43,379 nt of DNA from Hormoscilla sp. (lineage in GTDB: Bacteria > Cyanobacteriota > Cyanobacteriia > Cyanobacteriales > Desertifilaceae). The position numbers and the translations under genes are program-made. Location: contig JBFRWI010000058.1 of NCBI GenBank assembly GCA_051439505.1, positions 1-43,379 of the forward strand. The letters run 5' to 3'. The notes under the pieces are model-generated. The model was given only the letters and a program-made list of their open reading frames with translations. It had not been told where the DNA came from and did no database searches. Position 1 is the stretch's first letter; each line of letters opens with the position of its first letter. Shown here piece after piece: positions 19,496-28,504 of this stretch.

Positions 19496-20338
19496 CTATT
19501 TTATCACGCCCATGGGATGAGACTGGCCAATCAGTCGAGCAAAATCTTGCATTGTTTTGCCATAATCTCGACCAGCAACCGAAATCAGGTCATTATGACC
19601 TGCACCTTTAACTGGCAGAAAGCGTTTGGGTTGATTGGCAGCTGCATAGAGTTTCTGTCCGTGGGCAAGGGGGATAGTGCGGTCAGCCGTGCCGTGAATT
19701 ATCAGAACAGGACAGCGAACATTTTTAATCTTGCCCAGATTGTCAAATTTGTCAAAGGGGACAATGGGGATGTGGGTTCTGACTCTAAATGTGGTGATGA
19801 AGGTGCTTTCCAGCACCAAGCCAGCAACTGGTTTACGTGTCGCTAAGTCAACTGCTGGACCTCCACCTAAAGAACGTCCATAGGCGATAATCTGACTGGG
19901 AGGAATTGCCAAACTTTGGGTCAGATAATTGTAAGCCGCATTAATATCGGAATAGGTGCCGCGTTCCGTTGGTTTTCCCTGGCTAGTACCATAACCCCGG
20001 TAGTCGTAGGCGAAGACAGCAAAACCCAAAGATCGCAGCAGGCGCAAGAATGACCGAGTCTCTCCTAAGTCTTCCGCATTTCCGTGACTGTAGAGAATGG
20101 TGTAGGTCGCTGCTGGGTTGGGTATATGAATGGCTGAGATTTGCACATCAGGGGCTGAGTTAAGTTTGATAATCTCCGAAGTGTCCCGATAGCTGGATGG
20201 GCCGGGTTGAAAAATTATGCGATCGGACCAGAATACGCCATACAAGCAGAGCGTCCCATAGATCAGGACGACTAAACGCAGCAGGCGCATCCAGGAAAAT
20301 TCCCCCACTAGGAGATTATAAAGAGTTTGCTTGTCCAT
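19496..20338 (-). CDS. Alpha/beta hydrolase (ABHD17/YfhR-like)
   Basis: SHGNAEDLG, YDYRGYG, GRSLG nucleophile, HGTAD and GAGHND. Confidence 0.92.
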   Translation of the reverse strand: MDKQTLYNLLVGEFSWMRLLRLVVLIYGTLCLYGVFWSDRIIFQPGPSSYRDTSEIIKLNSAPDVQISAIHIPNPAATYTILYSHGNAEDLGETRSFLRLLRSLGFAVFAYDYRGYGTSQGKPTERGTYSDINAAYNYLTQSLAIPPSQIIAYGRSLGGGPAVDLATRKPVAGLVLESTFITTFRVRTHIPIVPFDKFDNLGKIKNVRCPVLIIHGTADRTIPLAHGQKLYAAANQPKRFLPVKGAGHNDLISVAGRDYGKTMQDFARLIGQSHPMGVIK

Positions 20339-20421
20339 AAGTTTAATCGTGACAGCTATCGAATATGATATGACAGTTACCGTTAACCCAGGATCAATTC
20401 AGGATAAAGGACTTTCAATCG

Positions 20422-21249
20422 ATGACAAGTAATCAACCCATTCCCGTAGTTGTCAATGGTGCTGCTGGCAAGATGGGACGCGAGGTAATTAAAGCAGTGA
20501 CGCAAGCAGAGGATATGACGCTGCTGGGCGCTGTTGACCACAACCCGGAATTTAACGGCCAGGATGTTGGGGAAGTGGCGGGATGCGGTGCTGTGGAAGT
20601 GCCGATCCTCAATCAGTTAGAGTCAGTATTGGCCTTTGCGGCACAGGAAAAACAGCTGGGCGTGATAGTGGACTTTACCCATCCTGACTCAGTTTACGAT
20701 AATGTCCGCTCGGCGATCGCCTATGGCATTCGGCCTGTGGTGGGCACTACGGGTTTGAGTCCCGCACAAATTGCCGAGTTAGCTGAATTTGCCGATAAAG
20801 CGAGTACGGGATGTTTAATTATCCCCAATTTTTCCATTGGCATGGTGTTGTTGCAGCAAGCGGCCCTGCAAGCATCTAAATATTTCGACCACGTGGAAAT
20901 CATCGAACTGCACCACAATCAAAAAGCGGACGCCCCCAGCGGTACCGCAGTTAAGACTGCTCAGATGCTAGCAGAAATGGGCAAAACTTTCAACCCCCCC
21001 TCGGTGACCGAAACGGAAAAGTTAGCTGGGGCCCGGGGGAGTTTAGCTGATGAAGGGATTCGCATTCATAGCGTCCGGTTACCGGGTTTGATTGCCCATC
21101 AGGAAGTTATTTTTGGTGCCCAGGGGCAAATCTATACTTTGCGTCACGATACGAGCGATCGCTCTTGCTATATGCCGGGAGTGTTGCTAGCAATTCGCCA
21201 AGTATTGCAGTTGAAAACTTTGGTTTACGGTTTGGAGAAAATCCTGTAA
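20422..21249 (+). CDS. dapB: 4-hydroxy-tetrahydrodipicolinate reductase
   Basis: GAAGKMG, VDFTHP, VVGTTG, PNFSIG and [15 protein letters not shown]. Confidence 0.98.
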   Translation: MTSNQPIPVVVNGAAGKMGREVIKAVTQAEDMTLLGAVDHNPEFNGQDVGEVAGCGAVEVPILNQLESVLAFAAQEKQLGVIVDFTHPDSVYDNVRSAIAYGIRPVVGTTGLSPAQIAELAEFADKASTGCLIIPNFSIGMVLLQQAALQASKYFDHVEIIELHHNQKADAPSGTAVKTAQMLAEMGKTFNPPSVTETEKLAGARGSLADEGIRIHSVRLPGLIAHQEVIFGAQGQIYTLRHDTSDRSCYMPGVLLAIRQVLQLKTLVYGLEKIL

Positions 21250-21256
21250 TTACTCT

Positions 21257-21298
21257 GGTGGGCGGTCCCTGAGCGAAGTCGAAGGGCGGCGGCCCACC
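21257..21298. repeat. REP-like hairpin carrying a nested CCCTGAGCGAAGTCGAAGGG short repeat
   Basis: ggtgggc...gcccacc arms around ccctgagcgaagtcgaaggg, just after the dapB stop. Confidence 0.55.
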
Positions 21299-21373
21299 AC
21301 CCTTTGCCTGGACAAAATAAATTACATCTGCTATAATCTAATCAGTAAACAACTAGACTGAGCCAATTGAACC

Positions 21374-22009
21374 ATGAAAATTATCCAAGCAAGTAAAATC
21401 ACTCTAAACGAAGTAGAGCGGCTTTTCGGATTTCAAGATCTATATAATGGTGAATTTGCACCCTTGTTATCTCTGGAACCGGTAGCAGAAGCGGAACAAC
21501 AAGAACTTGGAAAAATCCGGAATGATTTTCGTTTTTATCTGAAAGAAGAAGAAGCCTCAGAAGGACAAGTGAGGTTTATTGCCGTTGCCCCGTTATTGCG
21601 GCTAGCCGGTTTTTATCAATTTCCAATCCAGTTAATGGTGGAACAAGGCATTGACAGAATTAACATCGAAGATGAAGATACCAGTATTACAGGTCGCTTC
21701 GATTTGATTGCAGTCAACAAGGAGAAACAGACCACAAATAATGTGAACTTTTGGGTTTTGGTAATTGAAACTAAACCCAGTTTAGCCGATCCCTTAGCGG
21801 GTTTACCTCAATTGCTTACCTATGCCTATAAAAGCCTGGAACGTCAGGAATCAGTCTGGGGGCTGGCCACAAATGGAGTGCGTTATCAATTTGTATATAT
21901 CCAGCCTGGAAATCCTCCGACTTATCAGTATATGCCTTTACTGAATTTGATGGAAGATTCCTCGGCAATTCAGTTGCTACAAGTCCTGAAAGCTATCTGT
22001 CAGCTCTAG
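21374..22009 (+). CDS. Type I restriction enzyme R N-terminal-like (PD-(D/E)xK) protein of a common cyanobacterial family
   Basis: PLLRLAGFY, GRFD, VLVIETK, PQLLTYA and WGLATNG; no helicase or methylase nearby. Confidence 0.8.
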   Translation: MKIIQASKITLNEVERLFGFQDLYNGEFAPLLSLEPVAEAEQQELGKIRNDFRFYLKEEEASEGQVRFIAVAPLLRLAGFYQFPIQLMVEQGIDRINIEDEDTSITGRFDLIAVNKEKQTTNNVNFWVLVIETKPSLADPLAGLPQLLTYAYKSLERQESVWGLATNGVRYQFVYIQPGNPPTYQYMPLLNLMEDSSAIQLLQVLKAICQL

Positions 22010-22086
22010 TCCTGAGGTGAAAGGGCGATCGCATTCTATAAAATAGTCAACAGGATGATATAGAAAGATTTAGCCTGTCAGAATTT

Positions 22087-22130
22087 TGTTATCTAGGCGA
22101 TCGCATCTGGGAGCGATCGCCTAGATAACA
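22087..22130. terminator. 18-bp perfect hairpin between convergent genes, with HIP1 in both arms
   Basis: tgttatctaggcgatcgc-atctggga-gcgatcgcctagataaca. The terminator role is inferred from position only. Confidence 0.5.
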
Positions 22131-22255
22131 TCCAAAAATATCTTAACAAACAACGACTTCGGAGCCGCAGCATCGAGTATCTCCTGTGTTTATTGTTAAA
22201 TGTAAGTTTAATTCTGATTGACCTTGACCCAGTATTTGCGAAAATCGGATTAAAT

Positions 22256-25200
22256 TCAAGCGATACTCTGTTCCCAGCAAACCTTTAATTTTTCTGCCAA
22301 CACTTGTATGTGAGGCTGACTCATCATGGTGTGGTGGTCACCAGGTACAATATGGATATCCACCGGACCATCCGCATATTCACTCCAACCCCAACTGGGT
22401 TCTAGTTTCAGGTCTTGGCGAAAACTCTCCATTTGTGCCACCGATCGACTCGTTAAAGGAATGTCACGGGCTTTAAATAGGCTGATGGGAGTCGCCGGAA
22501 TCTCCCGTGGAACATAATTCGTTTGGCAATTCGCTTTGAAAACTTTTACCAAAGCATCAAGCTGTTTGAGGGAAATGTGCCAACTATTTTGCGTCAAGAT
22601 TTCATGGAGATAGTTGAGTTGTGCTTGGGTTTCCAGTTGTTGTAATTCTGCGTAGGACAATTCCAGTTCGATATTTAACAAACGTCCGACAATATGAGCG
22701 ACCTCAGTTATCCATTGCGCTTCATTCCAATCTATGCCGATCGCGCCTTTAAAAGGCACGGTGCTGTCAAAAATAACCAGTCGTGCAACCTTCTGTCCCT
22801 GAAGTTGTAACTGTTTGGCCATTTCCAGGGCAACTCCAGCACCAAAGGAATGACCGCCAAGCAAGTAGGGGCCTTGAGGCTGTACCGTTTGGATTTCTTG
22901 GATATAGCGAGCGGCCATGTCTTCAACCCGCGTTTCTGGAGCGGTTTCGCCATCAAGTCCGATCGCTTGCAGGCCATAAAAAGGTCGGTCTTCACCCAGA
23001 TGACGGGCTAACTGATGGAAATAGAGTACATTGCCACCAGCACCGGGTAGGCAGAAGAAAGGCTCTTTGGAGCCGTTGGGTTGAATGGCAACGAGGGGCG
23101 ACCATTGGTTAACAGGGTTAATCGTATTTGAGGATGGCTCAATAAGTTTGGCTAATTCGGCGATCGTCCCACCTTGAAACAAGGCCGATAAGGGCAAGTT
23201 TTGACCGAATTGCTGTTCTATCTGCGCTAACAGGCTGACCGCTAATAGGGAATGTCCGCCCAAGTCAAAGAAATTATCATGGATGCCAACTCGCTCAATG
23301 CCCAATACGGAAGTCCAGATATCGGCTAACATTTCCTCATCTGCTGTCCGAGGTGCCACAAAGGTTTCTTCTGATAACTGATAATCATTGGCGGGTCTCT
23401 GAGATAAAGCCCGACGATCTATCTTGCCATTGGGTGTCAGGGGCAAGGCGGAAAGTAGCACGAAAGCGGACGGAATCATGTAGTCAGGAAGAGACTCTTT
23501 GAGGTAGTTACGCAGACGGTTATTCAACTGGCGTTGCAACATTTTCAAGATGCCGGTTGTTTCCAGCAAATGCTGTACGCTTTGGTTGACAATCGCCTGT
23601 TGTTCCCCTGTGAGATTAAAGGCAATCCCCACTTCCGATTCCTGCACCCATCTGACTTCCCCCTTTAACCAACGCATTTCTGAATCAATGGGTAACTGTA
23701 AGCCTAGATTGAGTTCCTGACCTTCAGTCAAGGTGAGGATTTGACCCCCGTCTACACCCAGACCGCCACTGCTAATATCTACCGTGCGGACTGTTAACGG
23801 GTTGCCGTCCATTTGGATAAGACAGTCGGTTTGATAGGGGATGCGATCGGGGATAAGATCGGATACCAGGTAAGCCACGAGGCGCTTTTCTCCGGGTTGC
23901 TCTTCTTGGACGATGACAACAGCTTCTTGGATATCGGGGTGTTGAGCTAACACGGCTTCGATTTCGCCAAGTTCGATCCGAAAACCGCGAATCTTGACTT
24001 GGTTATCGATGCGTCCCAAGTATTCAATATTGCCGTCGGGTAGATAGCGGGCTAAGTCGCCGGTTTTGTAGAGGCGAGAGTTGGGGTCGTCGCTAAACGG
24101 ATTGGAGATGAATTTTTCGGCTGTTAATTCCGGGCGATTCAGGTAGCCACGAGCTAAACCAGTACCGCCGATATGAAGTTCGCCGGGGACACCTACTGGT
24201 ACGGGTTGCAAATGAGAGTCTAAAATGTAGGTTTTTGTGTTGGCGACGGGGCGACCAATAGGAACAATAGACTCCTTGGCAGAACACTGCCAAAACGTGG
24301 CATCTATACAAGCTTCTGTTGGGCCATAAAGATTTATTAATTCAACGTTGAATGTATTAAGAATTATTTCTATCGATGTGAAAGGTAATGGTTCGCCCCC
24401 ACAAAAAATGCGTTTCAGCGATTGAAGGGTTTCAATTTCCTGAATTGACAAAAGAACTTGCAACAGAGATGGCACCATTTGCACTATGGTTACTTGATGT
24501 CGAGCAATAATCTCGATCAGAGAGCGGCTGTCTTTCTGCCAGTCAGGTGGAGCGATCGCCAGTTGTGCCCCAACAACAAGCGGCGCATAAAATTCCCACA
24601 CGGAGGCATCAAAACTTATGGGGGTTTTTTGTAAGACTTTATCTTGCTCGCTCAAGGGAAAAGTATCCTGCATCCATTGGGTATGATTGCAAATTGCTTG
24701 GTGGGAAATCATTACTCCCTTCGGCTTGCCGGTTGAACCTGACGTATAAATGACATAAGCCAAATTCCCAGGCATCACCCCACTGCTGAGATTTTCCGAA
24801 CTCAACCGGGACAGCATTTCTGCCTCAATATCTAAACAAACCACCTGGGCTTTAGTTTCTGGCAGTTTCTCTTTTTGGCTCGATTGAGTCAACAACACTG
24901 GCACTTGGGCATCCTCTAGCATAAACACCAAACGCTCTGCCGGATAAGTCGGGTCGAGGGGCAAGTATGCGCCCCCGGCTTTGAGAATGCCAAAAATCCC
25001 GACTACCATTTCAATTGAACGCTCGACACAAATTCCCACCAATACTTCCGGTTTGACCCCCAAGGTTTGCAGATAGCGAGCCAGTTGATTGGCTTTGGCG
25101 TTTAATTCTCCATAAGTCAGTTGTTGCTCTTCAAACACTACCGCCACTGCATCCGGTGTTTTTTCGACTTGCTCCTCAAATAGCTGGCTGATGGTGTACT

Positions 25201-28200
25201 TATCTTGGGGATAATCCACTTGGGTATCATTCCATTCCACTAATAATTGATGGCGTTCCCGTGACCTTAGCAGGGGCAATTCCGAAAGGCGTTGCTGCGG
25301 ATTGGCCACAATACCTTCTAGCAATGTCTGCAAATGACCGGATAAACGTTCTATAGTCTCCCGTTTAAATAAATCCGTGTTGTATTCCCAGCGACCCGCG
25401 AGCCCGGAAGCGGTTTCTGTCAATTCCAAGGTCAGATCGAATTTGGATATCTCGCTTTCCAATTCTAAAAGAGTTAAACTCAGCCCCGCCAATTCCAAAT
25501 CCGGCAGCGGTGCATTTTGCAGTATGAACATCACTTGAAACAGAGGGGAATGACTCAAATGACGTTTTGGCTGTAATGCTTCTACCAACCGTTCAAACGG
25601 AATATCTTGATGGGCATAAGCCTCTAATGCCACCCGTCGCGCCTGCTGTAAAATTTCCTCAAAAGGTGGGTTTTCTGCCAAGTCTAGGCGCAAGACCAGG
25701 GTATTCACAAAAAAGCCGATGAGAGACTCGATTTCACTACGATTGCGATTGGCAATGGGGGAGCCAACTGCAATATCCTGTTGCCCGCTGTAGCGAGACA
25801 ATAAAACGGCAAAAGCCGACCAGAGAATCATAAACAGCGTCGTGCCAGTTTCTTGACTGAGCTGTTTCAGTCGAGCCGTTAATTCATCGGAGAGGGAAAA
25901 GGATATGCTGGCTCCTGAAAAACTCTGGATTGGAGGGCGCGGATAATCCGTTGGCAATTCCAGCAATGCTGGCAGATCGGCCAATTGCTGTTGCCAATAC
26001 TTGAGTTGTTCCTCCAGCACTTCTCCCGCCAGCCATTGCCGCTGCCAGTTGGCAAAATCCACATATTGAATCGGTAGCGGTGGCAGGGACGCAGGTTGTC
26101 CTTGCAAAGCCGCTTCATAAAGGACGCGCCATTCCCGAACAAAAACACCGAACGACCAACCATCGGCAATGATATGGTGCAGCACGATTAGTACGATGTG
26201 GGAGGTCGCATCTAATTGGAGTAGGGCGGCGCGGAATAACGGCCCGGTTGCTAAGTCAAAGGGACGCATCGGCTCTTCTTTGAGCAACCGCCGCACTTCG
26301 GGTTCTCGTTCTGCCTGGGATAAGGTCTGTAAATCAAAAATCTCGAACTGGAAAGCTCGATGGGAAATCTGCACCACAGGAGCGCCATTGACAGTGGGAA
26401 ATGTAGAGCGCAAAGTTTCGTGACGATCGACCAAGGCTTGAAAACTTTGTTCTAGTGCTTGTTGGTTCAGTTGTCCGTCAAGCCGCACCGCTGCCGCTAG
26501 ATTGTAGGTGGCACTTTTTTCTTCTTTTTCTTCGAGTTTGTCGAAAAACCACAAACGCTGTTGGGCAAAAGACAGTTGCAAAGGTTTGTCCCGCTCTACT
26601 GGCGTTATTGGCGCTAAAGAAGACTCGCCAGAAGACTCGCTCAACTGGGTGCCTAATTGGGCGATCGTCGGCAATTCAAATAATAGGTGCAGGGGCAATC
26701 TGACCGCAAAGGCATCGCGAATCCGCGACATCACTTGAGTCCCGATGAGGGAATGACCGCCCAGTTTAAAGAAATTGTCATAGATGCCGACTCGTTCGAT
26801 ATTTAACACATCCGCCCAAATCCCCGCTAACAATTCTTCCGCTGGGGTGCGCGGGGCGACATAAGTTGCGGTAGATGCTTGGGACTGCCGGTTTTGAGAC
26901 TTAATCCGCTCTAAAATCTGTTCTGCATCAGATAATTCCGTGGCAATTCGCATCAACAGCATTGATTCCCCACTCTTGGCTTTTGCCTCTTCGCTTTTGC
27001 CTAAAAGTGAAGCTCCCCCACTCTTGGCTTTTGCCTCTTCGCTTTTGCCTAAAAGCCGACTATTATAGGTCAATTCCGATGCCAACTCAACGGACAAGCT
27101 GTATTGCCAACCTCCCTCCGTGGGTTGTTTGAATTGACTGCCCATACTCTCCAAGAAATCTAGCACCGCTTGATTTCTTTCAGTGGGCAGATAAGGAATC
27201 TCAATCGAGTTCAGTTGGCGTTCTGCGGCAATTTTCCCTAACCGAGCCAGCATTTGATGTTCGACACCTCGACCGAGGGCGCGGCAACTCAATAAAAAGG
27301 TATCGACGCGGATCGATCCGATGGCAGACCCCCCCTTAGCAAGGGGGGGCTTGGGGGGGTCGATCGCATTAGTCACTAACTCAAATAAAATAACGCCAAC
27401 CAAGCCATAATCCCCAAAACGGTCTCTCACTTCCACTACCAGAGATTCAAAAGCACCGGATTGGCAAAGTTGTTGAATTTCCGCTTCGGTTCTTCTAATA
27501 GTCGTGAAGTTAAACTGGTTAGTTCGTTTCGTCAATTGGGAAACTCGACTTAGCTGGGAGGTTTCCATCGGTGAAATCGCGACCTCCAGTTCCAGTCCTG
27601 CCAGAAAATCAGCTAACGTTGGGGCCTGCTCCTGGAAGCGATCGCGCTCTTGCTTTTGTTGATAATACTGAGTGCGCTGCCGGTCTTCTGCGGTGACATC
27701 TCCTAAATTATCAAAAGCCCAAACATGATTCAGAAACTGCTCCCACTGGTTTAAATCCGCAGGCAATTGGATGGTGGTGACTTCCGGACAGTTCGCTCTA
27801 ACTTCAGCGCATTCAATCGGATTATCGTCAATAAAGATAAAACTCGACAATCCTAAATTAAGTTCTGCCGCTAAAGACTTGAGATTTTCTGATTTTGGTT
27901 GCCAGTTAATGCGCCAAGCCACCAAATGTTCGCGCTTCAGAGACATATCGGAACGCCCCTCGAGTACAGCCAAAACATCCGCTTCATTATTTTTACTGCA
28001 CAAACATAATAATTTCCCCGCCTGCTGCTGCTGCTCACATAAAGTTTGTAGCGCTTGGTGAGGAGAATCTATTTTCAAGTTTTGCACTCCGTCTTCAGCG
28101 CAAACCCCTTGCCACAAGGTATTATCGCAATCCAGTACGATCGCTTTGTACGGATGGCGCTTGATGGCATGAATTTTGCGGGCAATCTGAGTACCCAGCG

Positions 28201-28504
28201 CCGCAAACAAAGCCGGTGTATAGGGAATCTGACCCAGTTCTTCTGCCCCTGGATCGTAAATTCTAGAAACGGGGTAATTTTTGAGTAGTTCCGAGGATGC
28301 GATCGGATGTAGAGACGCGAAATTTCGCGTCTCTACCATACCTGCCAATTGAGAGGCTAACAAATCTTCTGCCCAAGGTAGATTGCTAGGGCAAATACAG
28401 ACAATATATATCCGATCTTTAAGAACGGATGTTAAAGCGCGAAATTTCTGACATTTTCCTCGATTTCCGCCTGCATTATTGCCTTGTCTGTAGATTTTGT
28501 CCAA
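22256..28504 (-). CDS. NRPS, downstream part: FkbH (HAD-IIIC + GNAT-like)-T-C-A(PilZ-interrupted)-T-TE
   Basis: LDCDNTLW, FIDDNP, RTNQFN, DRFGDYG, LLSCRALGR; GGHSL x2; HHIIADGWS; YTSGSTGKPKG, YGPTE, YKTGDL, PNGKIDR; TE motifs GHSFG and GDHHTM. The N-terminus is probably a frameshift continuation of 28432-30486. Confidence 0.93.
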   Translation of the reverse strand: MDKIYRQGNNAGGNRGKCQKFRALTSVLKDRIYIVCICPSNLPWAEDLLASQLAGMVETRNFASLHPIASSELLKNYPVSRIYDPGAEELGQIPYTPALFAALGTQIARKIHAIKRHPYKAIVLDCDNTLWQGVCAEDGVQNLKIDSPHQALQTLCEQQQQAGKLLCLCSKNNEADVLAVLEGRSDMSLKREHLVAWRINWQPKSENLKSLAAELNLGLSSFIFIDDNPIECAEVRANCPEVTTIQLPADLNQWEQFLNHVWAFDNLGDVTAEDRQRTQYYQQKQERDRFQEQAPTLADFLAGLELEVAISPMETSQLSRVSQLTKRTNQFNFTTIRRTEAEIQQLCQSGAFESLVVEVRDRFGDYGLVGVILFELVTNAIDPPKPPLAKGGSAIGSIRVDTFLLSCRALGRGVEHQMLARLGKIAAERQLNSIEIPYLPTERNQAVLDFLESMGSQFKQPTEGGWQYSLSVELASELTYNSRLLGKSEEAKAKSGGASLLGKSEEAKAKSGESMLLMRIATELSDAEQILERIKSQNRQSQASTATYVAPRTPAEELLAGIWADVLNIERVGIYDNFFKLGGHSLIGTQVMSRIRDAFAVRLPLHLLFELPTIAQLGTQLSESSGESSLAPITPVERDKPLQLSFAQQRLWFFDKLEEKEEKSATYNLAAAVRLDGQLNQQALEQSFQALVDRHETLRSTFPTVNGAPVVQISHRAFQFEIFDLQTLSQAEREPEVRRLLKEEPMRPFDLATGPLFRAALLQLDATSHIVLIVLHHIIADGWSFGVFVREWRVLYEAALQGQPASLPPLPIQYVDFANWQRQWLAGEVLEEQLKYWQQQLADLPALLELPTDYPRPPIQSFSGASISFSLSDELTARLKQLSQETGTTLFMILWSAFAVLLSRYSGQQDIAVGSPIANRNRSEIESLIGFFVNTLVLRLDLAENPPFEEILQQARRVALEAYAHQDIPFERLVEALQPKRHLSHSPLFQVMFILQNAPLPDLELAGLSLTLLELESEISKFDLTLELTETASGLAGRWEYNTDLFKRETIERLSGHLQTLLEGIVANPQQRLSELPLLRSRERHQLLVEWNDTQVDYPQDKYTISQLFEEQVEKTPDAVAVVFEEQQLTYGELNAKANQLARYLQTLGVKPEVLVGICVERSIEMVVGIFGILKAGGAYLPLDPTYPAERLVFMLEDAQVPVLLTQSSQKEKLPETKAQVVCLDIEAEMLSRLSSENLSSGVMPGNLAYVIYTSGSTGKPKGVMISHQAICNHTQWMQDTFPLSEQDKVLQKTPISFDASVWEFYAPLVVGAQLAIAPPDWQKDSRSLIEIIARHQVTIVQMVPSLLQVLLSIQEIETLQSLKRIFCGGEPLPFTSIEIILNTFNVELINLYGPTEACIDATFWQCSAKESIVPIGRPVANTKTYILDSHLQPVPVGVPGELHIGGTGLARGYLNRPELTAEKFISNPFSDDPNSRLYKTGDLARYLPDGNIEYLGRIDNQVKIRGFRIELGEIEAVLAQHPDIQEAVVIVQEEQPGEKRLVAYLVSDLIPDRIPYQTDCLIQMDGNPLTVRTVDISSGGLGVDGGQILTLTEGQELNLGLQLPIDSEMRWLKGEVRWVQESEVGIAFNLTGEQQAIVNQSVQHLLETTGILKMLQRQLNNRLRNYLKESLPDYMIPSAFVLLSALPLTPNGKIDRRALSQRPANDYQLSEETFVAPRTADEEMLADIWTSVLGIERVGIHDNFFDLGGHSLLAVSLLAQIEQQFGQNLPLSALFQGGTIAELAKLIEPSSNTINPVNQWSPLVAIQPNGSKEPFFCLPGAGGNVLYFHQLARHLGEDRPFYGLQAIGLDGETAPETRVEDMAARYIQEIQTVQPQGPYLLGGHSFGAGVALEMAKQLQLQGQKVARLVIFDSTVPFKGAIGIDWNEAQWITEVAHIVGRLLNIELELSYAELQQLETQAQLNYLHEILTQNSWHISLKQLDALVKVFKANCQTNYVPREIPATPISLFKARDIPLTSRSVAQMESFRQDLKLEPSWGWSEYADGPVDIHIVPGDHHTMMSQPHIQVLAEKLKVCWEQSIA
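26968..27055. repeat. In-frame 40-nt direct duplication (48-nt period) in the NRPS linker
   Basis: ccccactcttggcttttgcctcttcgcttttgcctaaaag twice, encoding LLGKSEEAKAKSG x2. Confidence 0.9.
28309..28336. repeat. Perfect 28-bp GTAG-ended REP-like palindrome inside the NRPS
   Basis: gtagagacgcgaaatttcgcgtctctac, read in-frame as VETRNFASL. Confidence 0.88.

Noticed and set aside
21374..22009. Functional type I restriction-modification system
   Set aside because: Only a short stand-alone nuclease-like domain; no hsdM, hsdS or helicase.
28440..28504. ATG at 28504 as a genuine start of a separate NRPS gene
   Set aside because: The first ~21 residues are out-of-frame sequence overlapping the FkbH N-terminal domain of the upstream ORF; a frameshift explains it better.
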